From: Spirochaetia bacterium
Lineage (GTDB): Bacteria > Spirochaetota > Spirochaetia > DSM-2461
DNA length: 64,000 nucleotides
NCBI GenBank assembly: GCA_963668315.1
Contig: OY764216.1
Coordinates: forward strand, 3,488,001 to 3,552,000
Direction: 5' to 3'
The notes under the pieces were generated by a model. It had not been told where the DNA came from. It saw only the letters and a list, made by a program, of their open reading frames with translations, and made no database searches. Shown in pieces: positions 1-10,633 of this stretch. The position numbers and the translations under genes are program-made. Each line of letters starts with the position of its first letter. The stretch's first letter is position 1.

Positions 1-1067
1 CTACCTATTTTGAGCCCCTGGACTGGGTTGTGGGAACGGGTAATTATGTGGATGATATCGATGTGATCATACAGGAAAAAGAGGATAATGTCCTTTCCTA
101 TCTCAGGGGGCGGATTCTCATGGCCCTGATATTCAACCTCATCTGCCTCGGTGTTATCACGTTTCTCGCCGTATTTCTGGGCAAGCGTCTGGCTCTGCCC
201 GTCATTAAGGCGACCGAACTGGCCGGTCTTCTCTCCGAGGGGAATCTGCGTGACCGTGTGGAAGGGTCATTCAATAAATCGAAAGATGAGACGGGGCGTC
301 TTTTTGTGGCTCTGGATAATATGACCGATAATCTCTCCCTGATCATCACTTCCATAAGGGATTCGTCGGAACAGGTGAAGTCCGGTTCCGTGCAAATCTC
401 CCAGACCACCCAGCAGCTTTCATCGGGGGCCACCGAACAGTCTTCCAGCGTGGAGGAGATCTCTTCGTCCATGGAGGAGCTGACAGCCAATATTCAGCAG
501 AATACGGCCAATTCGAAGGAAGCGGACAGGATCGCCGTTACCGTGGCGGAAGAGGCGGCCAAGGGCGGAGAGTCGGTGGAAGCAACCGTAGCGGCCATGA
601 GAAGCATCGCCGAGAAAATTACCGTGATAGAAGATATTGCCAGGAATACGAACATGCTTGCGCTGAATGCCGCCATTGAGGCCGCCAGGGCAGGGGATGC
701 GGGAAAGGGATTCGCCGTTGTCGCTTCGGAAGTCAGGAAACTGGCGGAAAATTCGGGAAAAGCCGCAAAGGATATTATTGAGATATCCACCACCAGTCTG
801 GATATCGCGGAACAGGCGGGACAGATTATCGTTGATCTGGTTCCCCAGGTGAGGAAGACATCGGAGCTGATTCAGGAAATCACCACGGCCAGTGAGGAGC
901 AGTCCCGGGGGGCTGAACAGATAAATGCGGGCATACTGCAACTCGACACGGTCATACAGCAGAATGCCTCCTCATCGGAGGAACTGGCCGCCATGGCGGA
1001 GGAGCTGGAGGGACAGGCTTCCCTTATGCGTGAAAATGTTTCTTTCTTTACCTTGAAGGACGACTGA
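1..1067 (+). CDS. Methyl-accepting chemotaxis protein, 5'-truncated by window edge
   Basis: TM helix, HAMP ([14 protein letters not shown]) and signalling hairpin [35 protein letters not shown]; frame is open upstream ([13 protein letters not shown], Cache-like tail). Confidence 0.95.
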   Translation, partial: TYFEPLDWVVGTGNYVDDIDVIIQEKEDNVLSYLRGRILMALIFNLICLGVITFLAVFLGKRLALPVIKATELAGLLSEGNLRDRVEGSFNKSKDETGRLFVALDNMTDNLSLIITSIRDSSEQVKSGSVQISQTTQQLSSGATEQSSSVEEISSSMEELTANIQQNTANSKEADRIAVTVAEEAAKGGESVEATVAAMRSIAEKITVIEDIARNTNMLALNAAIEAARAGDAGKGFAVVASEVRKLAENSGKAAKDIIEISTTSLDIAEQAGQIIVDLVPQVRKTSELIQEITTASEEQSRGAEQINAGILQLDTVIQQNASSSEELAAMAEELEGQASLMRENVSFFTLKDD

Positions 1068-1097
1068 TTTTAGCGCCAGATGAATTTGTATCGTCCG

Positions 1098-2744
1098 CTA
1101 TACAAGATGGCGGACGATGTAGACAATACTGTCGTTGATCCGGCTGAAATAGGTGATTAGGTCCAGATGCACAGCCGACGTGGCGATAGATTCGGCCAGA
1201 CCTCTGTGCAGACGGTCAATATGGGACTGTTTCAGCTTCTCCTCTTCTTTTTTGCGGTGATCATCCAGAACGGCTCTGATAAACTGATTTCGTCCCTCGC
1301 TCTCTTCCCCCATGGCATTGATTAAATTATCAAAGTTATTGGTGATTTTATCCATGAGATATTCCAGCTCACGGTAGCCTTCTTCGGAAAACATCAGCTT
1401 TTTCTCCACCCTCTTTTCCGCCAGGGCCACAATGTTCTTATCTATGACGTCCCCGATGGATTCCAGTTCGTTTTGAATCCGGATGTAATTCATGCAGAGA
1501 AGGGATTGCTTCCGGGACAGCTCCTCCTGGGAGAGTTTTGCCAGAAAGGTGATGATCTCTCCGTGGAGCATATCCACCTTATTATCCAGTTCAGCTATTT
1601 TTTCCCGGTAGCTCTTGCTGCTGCTTCTGACGGCGGCGCTCATGTTGATTATCATCTCACCCACTATGTGGCTTACCCTGTATATTTCTTTACGTGTCAT
1701 TTCCAGAGCCAGACCCACACTGCGGGAGATAAGTATTTCATCTATATATTTGACGCCGAAAGGTTCCGGCTTATCCTGTTCGGGAAAGAGAAAATTAAAA
1801 AGTTTTATCATAACGGGGAGGCTGGGAATGAGTATGATATGATTTATCAGGGGGATGAAGGTATAGGAAACGGCAATCTGCCGGGCCAGACTTTCCGTAT
1901 TCAGGATTTCCCGGCAGAACCATCGGATCCACCAGATGAACAGATCTTCTCCCCGGAATTGGATCATCAGCAAGAGATAGATCCAGGTTATGGCGAGGAA
2001 CTGGAAGAATACATGGACAAAAGCCGATCTCTTGGCTTCCCGGTTCAGTGTCAGGCTTCCCAGTACCGCCGTTATGCAGGTTCCCACAGCCGCTCCCATA
2101 TTGAGGGGAACGGCCTGTTCCAGGGTTATTGTTCCCGAGACGGCCATGGCTATGGTGATGCTTACCGTGGCACCGGCGGACTGTATGAGCATGGTAAAGG
2201 CAAGTCCGGTCAGAATGCCCCAGAGAGGATGGGCGACTTTTCCCATGAGCTGTATGAAAGGCTGCGAGTTTTTCAAGGGAGCCAGGGAATCGGACATTAT
2301 TTCCAAACCGAGAAAAAGGAGACCGAAAGCGAATAGGGTCACCCCTATATGGTGGTATTTTTTTCTTTTCGCGGCAAACGTGATGGAAAGGCCCGCTACC
2401 AGGAAAAGGGAGGAGAACTTCGTCAGTCCCGGAATGGCTACAAGCTGGGGAAAAAGGGTGGCTCCCAGTTCGGCGCCCAGGGTGACGGTCAGACTTTGCT
2501 GGAAGGTGATGAAACCGGCCCCCACCATGGCCGTCTCCAGGACTGTCGTCGCGGAGGAGGACTGGTTGAGAAGGGTGATTCCCAATCCCGACAGATAACC
2601 CCGAAAGGGACCTTTGGTGAGTTTCATCAGGAATGTTTTCATTCCTCTTCCCGCCATGGCCGTTAGATTACGGTTCATTTCCACCATGGCAAAAAGAAAG
2701 ACAGCCAGCCCGCCCAAGAGGGAAAAGTAATTCCAAACCGTCAT
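1098..2744 (-). CDS. Na+/phosphate cotransporter family protein with C-terminal PhoU-like domains
   Basis: Twin QSS-type repeats (NQSSSATT, IQSAGATV), GAxxG motifs, hydrophobic N-half, helical C-terminus (ELESIGD, HIDRLHRG). Confidence 0.9.
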   Translation of the reverse strand: MTVWNYFSLLGGLAVFLFAMVEMNRNLTAMAGRGMKTFLMKLTKGPFRGYLSGLGITLLNQSSSATTVLETAMVGAGFITFQQSLTVTLGAELGATLFPQLVAIPGLTKFSSLFLVAGLSITFAAKRKKYHHIGVTLFAFGLLFLGLEIMSDSLAPLKNSQPFIQLMGKVAHPLWGILTGLAFTMLIQSAGATVSITIAMAVSGTITLEQAVPLNMGAAVGTCITAVLGSLTLNREAKRSAFVHVFFQFLAITWIYLLLMIQFRGEDLFIWWIRWFCREILNTESLARQIAVSYTFIPLINHIILIPSLPVMIKLFNFLFPEQDKPEPFGVKYIDEILISRSVGLALEMTRKEIYRVSHIVGEMIINMSAAVRSSSKSYREKIAELDNKVDMLHGEIITFLAKLSQEELSRKQSLLCMNYIRIQNELESIGDVIDKNIVALAEKRVEKKLMFSEEGYRELEYLMDKITNNFDNLINAMGEESEGRNQFIRAVLDDHRKKEEEKLKQSHIDRLHRGLAESIATSAVHLDLITYFSRINDSIVYIVRHLV

Positions 2745-2820
2745 AGCGGCTCCTCTTTCTTATACTCTCCTTTAATTATCCGCCTCTTGCGGCGGTCATG
2801 CAAATTTTACTTTTCCGGTC

Positions 2821-2859
2821 TTGTCAAAAGTGATTTTCAGTTTTATCTTGAATGTTCAA
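2821..2859 (+). promoter_or_regulatory. Sigma70-type promoter with overlapping palindrome upstream of sugar locus
   Basis: TTGTCA-17nt-TATCTT (2821-2849); TTGAAtgTTCAA at 2848-2859. Confidence 0.45.
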
Positions 2860-2871
2860 AGGGGAGTACCT

Positions 2872-4407
2872 ATGGCTGTATTGAAAGAATTCAGGGTTGA
2901 TAATTTATTTCAGGATAATATGGTCCTTCAGAGAGATAAGCCTCTGAACATCTGGGGAGAAGGCCCTGAGGGGGAGGAAGTTTCCCTTTTCATTCAGGGT
3001 AAAGAGGGCCGGGCCCCAGTCGTTCGGGGAAAATGGATGATCACCCTTTCCCCCCTTGAAACGTCCTTAGGCGAAGAGATGGTGATCCGCTGCGGAGGGG
3101 GGGAGATAAGGCTTTCCGGGATTCTCGTAGGGGAAGTCTGGCTGGCCGGTGGACAATCCAATATGGAGTTTTTTATCCGCTACGATGAGGAAAAGGAAAC
3201 CCTTCTGCGGGACGGGGAAAATCCCCTGCTCCGCTTTTATGATATCCCCCGTATCTCCTACGAAGGACAGGAGAAAGAGGCCGACTACTCCCTGTACGGA
3301 TTCTGGAGGGTCTGTGACCGGGAGAACCTGGAGTATTTCAGCGCCGTGGGATACTACTTTTCCTCCCTTCTGAACCGTGATCTGAATGTCCCCGTGGGAA
3401 TCATAGGGTGCAACTGGGGCGGTTCCCCTTCCTGCACCTGGATGGACCGGACCTGTCTTCAGGAAGAACCGCTCACAATCTGGCTGGATAATTATGAAAA
3501 GGGTCTAGAAACGCTGGATATGAAATCCTATGAGAAAACCTTCAAAGGCAAAAAGGAAAATTACAGAAACGATCTGTTCGCCGATGAAACCGGGGAGAGA
3601 CTGATGTTCGGCATGTCCGACGGGGAGATGGAGGCGTTTATGGCTTCCCCCGATTACACAGATCAGTTTCCCCCTCCCGGGCCACTTGATCCCCACAGGC
3701 CGGGAGGCCTCTTTGAACATATGCTCTTGCGGGCCGTACCCTTTACCCTCAGGGGCTTTATCTGGTACCAGGGGGAATCGGACGATAAGGTGCCCTCGAT
3801 TTACGATCTGATGATGACTCGCCTTATCAGCTGCTGGCGGGATGCCTGGAAGGAGGAGCTTCCCTTCCTGTATGTTCAGCTGGCTCCCTTCAGAAAATGG
3901 CTGCACTGCCGGGGTAAAGAGTACCCCCTCCTCAGAGAGAAACAGCGGATCGTTTCCCATACTGTTCCACGGGTCTGGATGGCGTCCATCATGGATGGGG
4001 GAATGGAAAAGGATATACATCCCAAGAGAAAGAGACCCGTCGGAGAGAGGCTGGCCCTGCTGGCCGAGGGACATGTCTACGGAAAGGATATCCTCTGTGA
4101 CTCGCCCGAATTCAATCGGGCCGAAATAGGGGAGGACAGGGTGGTCCTGCACTTTGATCATGCTCCCGGCGGGATGGACATCCGGGGGAACTCGGCCTCC
4201 TGCCTGGAGATGACTCTCAAGGGAAAGCCTGTCATTCCCGAGCGTATACTGGCCGGAGATAACCGACTTACCCTTTTCGCGGGGGGCATCGGCGAAGCCG
4301 GCAGAGGAGAGATCAGATTTGCCTGGAAGGATTACTGCGAAGTGAATATTTATAACCGGGCCGGATTGCCTCTGAAGCCCTTTTTCTTCTCATGGGGGGA
4401 AGAATAA
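2872..4407 (+). CDS. Sialate O-acetylesterase (SASA/SGNH) family carbohydrate esterase
   Basis: DNMVLQRD, GEVWLAGGQSNME, WYQGESD, DIHP catalytic motifs; SD GGGGAG before ATG 2872. Confidence 0.9.
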   Translation: MAVLKEFRVDNLFQDNMVLQRDKPLNIWGEGPEGEEVSLFIQGKEGRAPVVRGKWMITLSPLETSLGEEMVIRCGGGEIRLSGILVGEVWLAGGQSNMEFFIRYDEEKETLLRDGENPLLRFYDIPRISYEGQEKEADYSLYGFWRVCDRENLEYFSAVGYYFSSLLNRDLNVPVGIIGCNWGGSPSCTWMDRTCLQEEPLTIWLDNYEKGLETLDMKSYEKTFKGKKENYRNDLFADETGERLMFGMSDGEMEAFMASPDYTDQFPPPGPLDPHRPGGLFEHMLLRAVPFTLRGFIWYQGESDDKVPSIYDLMMTRLISCWRDAWKEELPFLYVQLAPFRKWLHCRGKEYPLLREKQRIVSHTVPRVWMASIMDGGMEKDIHPKRKRPVGERLALLAEGHVYGKDILCDSPEFNRAEIGEDRVVLHFDHAPGGMDIRGNSASCLEMTLKGKPVIPERILAGDNRLTLFAGGIGEAGRGEIRFAWKDYCEVNIYNRAGLPLKPFFFSWGEE

Positions 4408-4413
4408 CGCATC

Positions 4414-6723
4414 ATGGGAGCGGCGGAGCAGGGATATGACAGCAGTCTGATTGCCGTTCTCGGTGCGGAAGTCAACGAGTCCTACCAGATGGAGATCTGG
4501 CGCGGAATTACGGAAGAAGCGGAAAAACACGGGAAAAAGCTGGTTTTCTTCATGGGATTCCGTTCGGAAATCCCCGACAGGCAGTCCCACCGATACCCCT
4601 TCTACCGGCTGGCCCGAACGGGGACTTTCGGAGGAATGATCATTATCGCCTCGGCCATCTCCACCTACCTGGAGCCGGAAAGGGTGCGCGGCCTTTTTGA
4701 AGCGGGTCCTCCCATCCCCAAAATCTCCATAGGCCTTCCCATGCCCGGTTCCGGCAGTGTGTGCGTGGACGGTCGGGTGGCCATGGAATCCCTGGCCGAA
4801 CATATGATTGAGAGCCACCGCTTACGCCGTATCGGGCTTATTGCCGGACCCCGGCAGCATCCCGAATCGGAAGACCGCAGAAAAACCCTGGAAAAGGTCT
4901 GCTTGAGAAAGGGGATTCCCCTGGGCGGGGAATCGGTGTATTTCGGAAATTTCGATAAACAATCGGGAAAAGCCGGCGTTGAAGCCCTATGGGAGAGAGG
5001 AGGAAGGATAGACGGACTTTTCTGTCTGAACGACAGAATGGCTCTCGGCGCCATGGAGGAACTTTCCCGCCGGGGAATTTCCGTGCCCCATGATATGCCG
5101 GTCTGCGGGTTTGATGACATAGAGGAATCGCGCTACTGCAATCCTCCCCTGACGACGGTCAGTCAGCCCCTATACGAACTGGGAGCCCGGTCCGTAAAGG
5201 AGTTGTACCGCCTCATGGAAGGGAATGAACCTCGTCATATTTCGCTGGACTGCTCTTTGAGAGTTCGAAAATCCTGCTCCTGCGGTCAGACTTTCCTCCC
5301 CCTTTTGAAGGGGGACCGGAATGTCACCCCCCTGGAAGATCTCCTGGAAGAAGAAACACCCGAATCTTTTCTTTCGGCTCTGGATCGTATCCTCTCTTCC
5401 TCCCTTGTCTCCCCGGAGGAGTTTGATGCTCTGGAAGAGGCTGTGGCCCGGAAAGAGAAGGGTTTGGAGGGAATCGGGAAGGAGTGGCGGGCAGGGCTTC
5501 TCTCCGCCCGCAGAAATATCTGGGAGACCCGCACCCGGGATCTTATCAGCCGGAGGGTGGCCAAAGAGCAGCGCAGCGCCCTTGTACGAAAAGTGAGCAT
5601 CAGCCTTACCGGCTCCTTCGATATACCCGTTCTCTTCAGGAATTTGTCCGAAAGCCTTTTGCAGCTTGGTTTCAGAGAGGCCTATCTAGTCCTTTATCCC
5701 GAGGAACGGCGCAGTATAACCTCACGTCTGGCCTTTGTCCTCCGGGAAGGTGTTTTTGTGGAAGATGTTCATGCCCCCTTTCCCGAAGACCGGATCCTTC
5801 CCGGAGGAGAGGAAGAACTGAACCGGGGAGAAGTCAAATCCTGGATGTTTACCCCCCTTTTCTTTGAGGAGAGCGCCCTGGGCCATCTTCTTCTTCCCGG
5901 AAACCACAGCGATACGGAGATTTACGAATCCCTCACGAAGCTTGTGGCCAGTACCCTCAGGGGGGCTTTTCTGCTGGAAAAGGTACGCCATCATGAACAG
6001 AGCCTTCAGGGCGAGGTCAGGGAGAGGACAAAAGAACTGGTGAGGGCTAATAAAAATCTCCGAAAAGAGATCAGCCGGAGAATCACCCTGGAAGAGGAAG
6101 TGGCCGATATTTCCAAGCATACCATGGAGAGTATCGGCCAGGATTTGCACGATGATCTCTGTCAGCACCTGGCCGGAACGGCTCTTCTGGTCAGTGCCCT
6201 GGGCTATGAAGCGGGAAAAACATCCACAGCGGCGGCGGAAAGGGCCGAAGAGATAAACCGCATGCTCGGCGATTCCATTGACCGGGCAAAGGGGATTGTC
6301 CGGGGGCTGGTGCCTCTGGGAATCAAGGAGGAGGGCCTGACCCGGGCACTGGACACTCTCTGCGGATCCCTTTCCCGGTCCAGCGGCTTATCCATCCGAT
6401 TCTCCGGTGACAGCAGGGCCGATGAACTGGCCCCCGAAAGGGCGGTGGAGCTTTACCGTATTCTGCAGGAAGCGGTGAATAACAGTATTAAGCACTCCGG
6501 AGGAAAGAGCCTGGACCTTATCCTCAAGGTAAAAGAGAGGGGGGACCGGCGTTTCTTTGAGGCATCGGTCAAGGATTACGGGAAAGGAATAGGAGAGGGC
6601 GATGAGACCAAGGGCGGCATGGGGCTTAAAATCATGAAATACCGGGGGAACCGGGCACAGATTCGGGTTGAGATAGGTTCCGGCGGAGAGGGAACAACAG
6701 TCTGGTGCGAGGGAGAGATCTGA
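4414..6723 (+). CDS. Cytoplasmic sensor histidine kinase: LacI-type sugar-binding domain fused to HisKA_3/HATPase
   Basis: LacI effector-domain motifs (FCLNDRMALG, VCGFDD, PPLTTVSQP, RKSCSC) without HTH; H-box GQDLHDDLCQHL, N-box QEAVNNSIKH, DYGKG, GMGL. Confidence 0.85.
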   Translation: MGAAEQGYDSSLIAVLGAEVNESYQMEIWRGITEEAEKHGKKLVFFMGFRSEIPDRQSHRYPFYRLARTGTFGGMIIIASAISTYLEPERVRGLFEAGPPIPKISIGLPMPGSGSVCVDGRVAMESLAEHMIESHRLRRIGLIAGPRQHPESEDRRKTLEKVCLRKGIPLGGESVYFGNFDKQSGKAGVEALWERGGRIDGLFCLNDRMALGAMEELSRRGISVPHDMPVCGFDDIEESRYCNPPLTTVSQPLYELGARSVKELYRLMEGNEPRHISLDCSLRVRKSCSCGQTFLPLLKGDRNVTPLEDLLEEETPESFLSALDRILSSSLVSPEEFDALEEAVARKEKGLEGIGKEWRAGLLSARRNIWETRTRDLISRRVAKEQRSALVRKVSISLTGSFDIPVLFRNLSESLLQLGFREAYLVLYPEERRSITSRLAFVLREGVFVEDVHAPFPEDRILPGGEEELNRGEVKSWMFTPLFFEESALGHLLLPGNHSDTEIYESLTKLVASTLRGAFLLEKVRHHEQSLQGEVRERTKELVRANKNLRKEISRRITLEEEVADISKHTMESIGQDLHDDLCQHLAGTALLVSALGYEAGKTSTAAAERAEEINRMLGDSIDRAKGIVRGLVPLGIKEEGLTRALDTLCGSLSRSSGLSIRFSGDSRADELAPERAVELYRILQEAVNNSIKHSGGKSLDLILKVKERGDRRFFEASVKDYGKGIGEGDETKGGMGLKIMKYRGNRAQIRVEIGSGGEGTTVWCEGEI

Positions 6724-6724
6724 T

Positions 6725-7378
6725 ATGAAGGAAATACGTTTTCTGCTCGTTGATGACCATCCTCTGTTCCGGCAGGGTATGAAGGCGCTCCTCTCCACGG
6801 AAAGGGGATTCATCCTGGGGGGAGAAGCCGGAGACCGGGAAGAGGCTCTGGAGCTTCTGGCACGGGAAAGATTCGATATCGTAACCGTCGATATTACCCT
6901 CAGGGATAGGAACGGACTCGATCTGGTAAGGGAGATCTCCCAATGGGAGGAGAAACCGGCTATCCTCGTACTTTCCATGCACGATGAGTCGGTTTATGCC
7001 CAGAAGGCCCTCGAATCGGGAGCCCTGGGCTATGTGATGAAGTACGCTCCGCCGGAGACCATACTGGGTGCGGTTAAAACCGTGCTTTCCGGGAAAGTCT
7101 ACCTTTCTCAGGAAGTGCAGGAGACCCTTCTCAATGCCCGGTTCGGACAGCCCCGGCAGGGAGAGTACTCATTGATAGACAGGTTGAGTCAGAGGGAGCT
7201 GGAGATACTGCGCTATATCGGGCAGGGTTTCGGGGCATCGGAAATCGCGGAGATACTGAACCTTTCGGTAAAGACCATACATACCTACCGGGATCATCTG
7301 AAGGAGAAGCTGAACGTGGCAAGTTCCACGGAGATCCGCCGTTTTGCCATCAAGTGGTACCAGTCATTGAACAATTAG
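6725..7378 (+). CDS. NarL/LuxR-family response regulator
   Basis: LLVDDHP, VDITL phosphoacceptor, LSMH, GYVMK; LuxR HTH LSQRELE..EIAEILNLSVKTIHTYR. Confidence 0.95.
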   Translation: MKEIRFLLVDDHPLFRQGMKALLSTERGFILGGEAGDREEALELLARERFDIVTVDITLRDRNGLDLVREISQWEEKPAILVLSMHDESVYAQKALESGALGYVMKYAPPETILGAVKTVLSGKVYLSQEVQETLLNARFGQPRQGEYSLIDRLSQRELEILRYIGQGFGASEIAEILNLSVKTIHTYRDHLKEKLNVASSTEIRRFAIKWYQSLNN

Positions 7379-7389
7379 GGAGAGATGTG

Positions 7390-8286
7390 ATGATTCACGG
7401 AGTAGGTAAATTATGCCTGGACAATCTGATATTTGTCGATCATTATCCCGAGAAAAATAGCCTTGTCCATATTATTAAAACAAGGGCTGTTATGGGGGGG
7501 ATGGTCGCCAACGCGTTAAAAGCGGCCGATCTTTTCGATGAACCCACGACACTTTACTCCTATGTGGGACGGGATGAGAGCGGAAAAAACCTGAGGGAAG
7601 CCCTGGGAAAAACGGGGATCAACCGGGACCGCCTGGTCCTCCGGGAAAATACCGATTACAGCAATATCATCGTTCACGGGGAAACCCGGACCATTCTTTC
7701 CTGCCGCGCCAACGGGGAAAGAAAGCGAGCGGAGGATTTCACCGTCTCCTTGGGGAAAGGAGATGTTCTTATCGTGGACGGCACCATTATGGAAGGCCTC
7801 GGATCACTGCTGGAAAGGGCTAAGAAAGAGGGTGCCGCGACCCTGATGGATGTGAGTCCGGCCAATCTTGAAAAAGAGATAGGAGATCTGCTCCCCCATG
7901 TGGATTATCTGATTCCCTCCCTTGACTGGGCCCGGAAGTTTACCGGCCGGGAAAATCCCGACGAAATGGCTCACATCCTGCAGGAAAGGGGAGCCTCCCA
8001 CCTTATCATGACCGACGGGGGAGGGCCTGTCCGATATTACCGTTCCGGGGAGCCCCGGCTCTATTACCCCCGGAAAATCGAGGTGAGAAACAGCAACGGA
8101 GCGGGCGATACTTTTCACGGCGCCTTCTGCGTAGGACTTTCCCGGGGCTGGGACCTGCACCGGGTCATCCTGTTTGCCGTTTCCGCCGCGACCAGCCGCT
8201 GCCTCTGCGAAGATATCGATCATATACCTCCCCTGGAGGATATCCTTCAAGACTCCTCCCTTATCGGATTCAATCCCCCGATATAG
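7390..8286 (+). CDS. PfkB/ribokinase-family carbohydrate kinase
   Basis: GGMVANA N-terminal signature and NSNGAGDTFHGAF anion-hole motif; start GTG 7387 or ATG 7390. Confidence 0.88.
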   Translation: MIHGVGKLCLDNLIFVDHYPEKNSLVHIIKTRAVMGGMVANALKAADLFDEPTTLYSYVGRDESGKNLREALGKTGINRDRLVLRENTDYSNIIVHGETRTILSCRANGERKRAEDFTVSLGKGDVLIVDGTIMEGLGSLLERAKKEGAATLMDVSPANLEKEIGDLLPHVDYLIPSLDWARKFTGRENPDEMAHILQERGASHLIMTDGGGPVRYYRSGEPRLYYPRKIEVRNSNGAGDTFHGAFCVGLSRGWDLHRVILFAVSAATSRCLCEDIDHIPPLEDILQDSSLIGFNPPI

Positions 8287-8301
8287 GTAGTTTTACCTAT
8301 A
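8282..8301. promoter_or_regulatory. Palindromic putative NarL-type binding site upstream of sugar ABC operon
   Basis: TATAGGTA-gttt-TACCTATA; TATAAT at 8347-8352 with no recognisable -35. Confidence 0.55.
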
Positions 8302-8374
8302 CCATTTTCAGACCTAATACCTCTCCCGGAATTTCCCCTTCGGCCCTATAATTTTATGAGTTTTGGAGGTATTT

Positions 8375-9673
8375 ATGGGAAAAGTTAAGAAAACCCTGTT
8401 ATTTTTGGCGGTCCTTTCTTTGTCTGCCGCAGTCATTGCGGCTAATGGAAAGGGAGAAACCGCTTCGGCAGCCGGAGGTTCATCCTTCACATGGTGGGCG
8501 CTTTCCGGAGGCGGCGGAGCCGATGATCCCAGGGAAAATGTCAGAAAAGATATGATTGCCACATATGTGGCAGATCATCCCGATGTCAATGTGGAACTGG
8601 TTATGCTGGAAAATGAGGCTTTCAAGCAGAAGATACAGGTCACCATACAGGCGGGAGATCCGCCGGACCTTTTCCACTCCTGGGGGGGCGGCGTCATGGC
8701 CGAGTATGCCCAGGCCGGCATGCTCCGCGATATCAGCGATATGGTGAAAAACGATCTGGCCGGCAGCATCGGAGCCGGAACCCTGGCCGTGTACAGCTAC
8801 GACGGCAAATATTACGGAGCCCCTTACGATATGGGCGCCATCGGGTTCTGGTACAACAAGGATATCTTTGCCGAAGCGGGCGTTTCCGTTCCCCAGACTT
8901 GGGACGATCTTCTGGCGGCGGTACCCCGTATCAAATCGGCCGGTTACACACCTGTCGCCGTAGGAGCGGGTGACAAATGGCCCGCCCATTACTGGTGGGT
9001 CTACCTGGCCATGAGAATCGGAGGCAAGAGCGCCTTTGACGCCGCCTACGACGGCAGCGGATCCTTTGCCTCTCCCTCCTATGTGGAAGCGGGAGAAAAA
9101 CTCAATGAGCTCATCGCTCTGGAACCCTTCCAGACCGGTTTCCTCGGTTCCTCCTATGACGACGAAGCCGCCCAGATGGGCAACGGCAAAGCCGCCATGG
9201 AATTGATGGGCCAGTGGGCGCCCGCCGTCCAGGTAGCCAATTCTGTCAGCGGCGAAGGTCTCGGCGACTCCCTGGGATGGTTTGCTTTTCCCTCGGTTGC
9301 CGGAGGAAAGGGTAAAGCCACCGATGTCATGGGAGGCGGCGGAGGTTATGTCCTCGGCATCAACGCTCCCGATTCCGCGGTGGACTTCCTCAAGTTCTTT
9401 GTCAACAAAGAGAACAATATGGCCATATCCAAAGTGGAAGGTTCCATTCCTGTCGTGGCCGGCGCCGAAGAAGTTCTCAAGGGCAATGAGAATGCCGTCA
9501 AGATGGTTCAGGCCATCGGCAAGGCTGAATACTATCAGCTCTACTACGATCAGCTGCTGCCCCCCGCTGTGGGAGCCACTCTGAACGATTCCTCCGCCGG
9601 TCTGTTCGCCGGTGTACTTTCTCCCGAGGATATGGCTGAAGCTGTTCAGTCCGCCTGGGAAGCCAACCGTTAA
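8375..9673 (+). CDS. Sugar ABC transporter substrate-binding protein
   Basis: Signal peptide, GDPPDLF, WYNKDIFAEAG, PQTWDDLL, GKAAMELMGQW; SD GGAGG. Confidence 0.93.
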   Translation: MGKVKKTLLFLAVLSLSAAVIAANGKGETASAAGGSSFTWWALSGGGGADDPRENVRKDMIATYVADHPDVNVELVMLENEAFKQKIQVTIQAGDPPDLFHSWGGGVMAEYAQAGMLRDISDMVKNDLAGSIGAGTLAVYSYDGKYYGAPYDMGAIGFWYNKDIFAEAGVSVPQTWDDLLAAVPRIKSAGYTPVAVGAGDKWPAHYWWVYLAMRIGGKSAFDAAYDGSGSFASPSYVEAGEKLNELIALEPFQTGFLGSSYDDEAAQMGNGKAAMELMGQWAPAVQVANSVSGEGLGDSLGWFAFPSVAGGKGKATDVMGGGGGYVLGINAPDSAVDFLKFFVNKENNMAISKVEGSIPVVAGAEEVLKGNENAVKMVQAIGKAEYYQLYYDQLLPPAVGATLNDSSAGLFAGVLSPEDMAEAVQSAWEANR

Positions 9674-9680
9674 TATTCAG

Positions 9681-9707
9681 ACCGTCTTCCTTCGGGAAGG
9701 CGGTTTT
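9681..9707 (+). terminator. Intra-operon stem-loop after SBP gene (partial terminator or mRNA stabiliser)
   Basis: ACCGTCTTCC-TTCG-GGAAGGCGGT followed by TTT; C(UUCG)G tetraloop. Confidence 0.7.
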
Positions 9708-9730
9708 CTCATCAAACATCTGGTATATAT

Positions 9731-10633
9731 ATGACGACTAACCAAAAAATCCGTACCGAAAAGCTTAAAAAGACAGCTCTGGTGGCGGTTCTTCTGGCTC
9801 CGGCCCTGCTGCTTTTTATTCTGTTTGTGGTGGTACCGGTCATTCAGGCGGGATATTACTCTCTCTACCGCTGGAACGGAATGGGGCCTTTGACTAAATT
9901 TTCAGGGCTGGGCAATTTTACGGCCATTCTCAAGGACAGGGTTTTTCAAATTGCCTTTGTCAATAATCTGAAAGTAATCGGGATATCCCTTTTTATACAG
10001 CTTCCCCTGGCTTTTATGTTCTCCATGCTTCTGGGAAGGAATCTCTTCAGGGGAGAAGCGGTACTGCGGAGTATCATCTTTTTTCCCTATATTCTGGCGG
10101 AGATTGTTTCCGGAATCATCTGGAAATTCATTTACCATCCCGAATTCGGAGTGCCCACGGTACTTTCCAAACTTTTTTTCTCCGGCAGGGAGATTGCTCT
10201 GATGGGGGATCCCTCCACGGCATTCGGGGCCATCCTTCTCGTCATCGTCTGGAAATATCTGGGTTTTCACATGATCATCTATATTGCGGGGCTCCAGGGC
10301 GTGCCGGGAGAGCTGGAAGACGCGGCGGTGGTGGACGGGGCCAATCCCCTTCAGGTCATACGCCACGTGATTATCCCCTGTATGAAAAACAGTTTCATCA
10401 TCTCCATTTTCCTCTCCATCATCGGGGCTTTCAATATCTTCGATGTAGTCTGGGCCCTGGGGCAGGGGGGACCGGTTCACAGTTCGGAAACTCTGGTTAC
10501 CTATCTCTATAATTTCGGATTCAAAAGATTTTCCTTCGGATACGGCAGCGCCGTTGCGGTGATTCTCTTTCTGGTCTGCTTTATTTTTAATCTGGTTTAC
10601 CAGCGCTTTATCGTAAAAGAGGAGAATCTGTGA
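9731..10633 (+). CDS. Carbohydrate ABC transporter permease
   Basis: EAA-like motif ELEDAAVVDGAN, FSGLGNF, GYGSAVAV; about 6 TM segments. Confidence 0.95.
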   Translation: MTTNQKIRTEKLKKTALVAVLLAPALLLFILFVVVPVIQAGYYSLYRWNGMGPLTKFSGLGNFTAILKDRVFQIAFVNNLKVIGISLFIQLPLAFMFSMLLGRNLFRGEAVLRSIIFFPYILAEIVSGIIWKFIYHPEFGVPTVLSKLFFSGREIALMGDPSTAFGAILLVIVWKYLGFHMIIYIAGLQGVPGELEDAAVVDGANPLQVIRHVIIPCMKNSFIISIFLSIIGAFNIFDVVWALGQGGPVHSSETLVTYLYNFGFKRFSFGYGSAVAVILFLVCFIFNLVYQRFIVKEENL

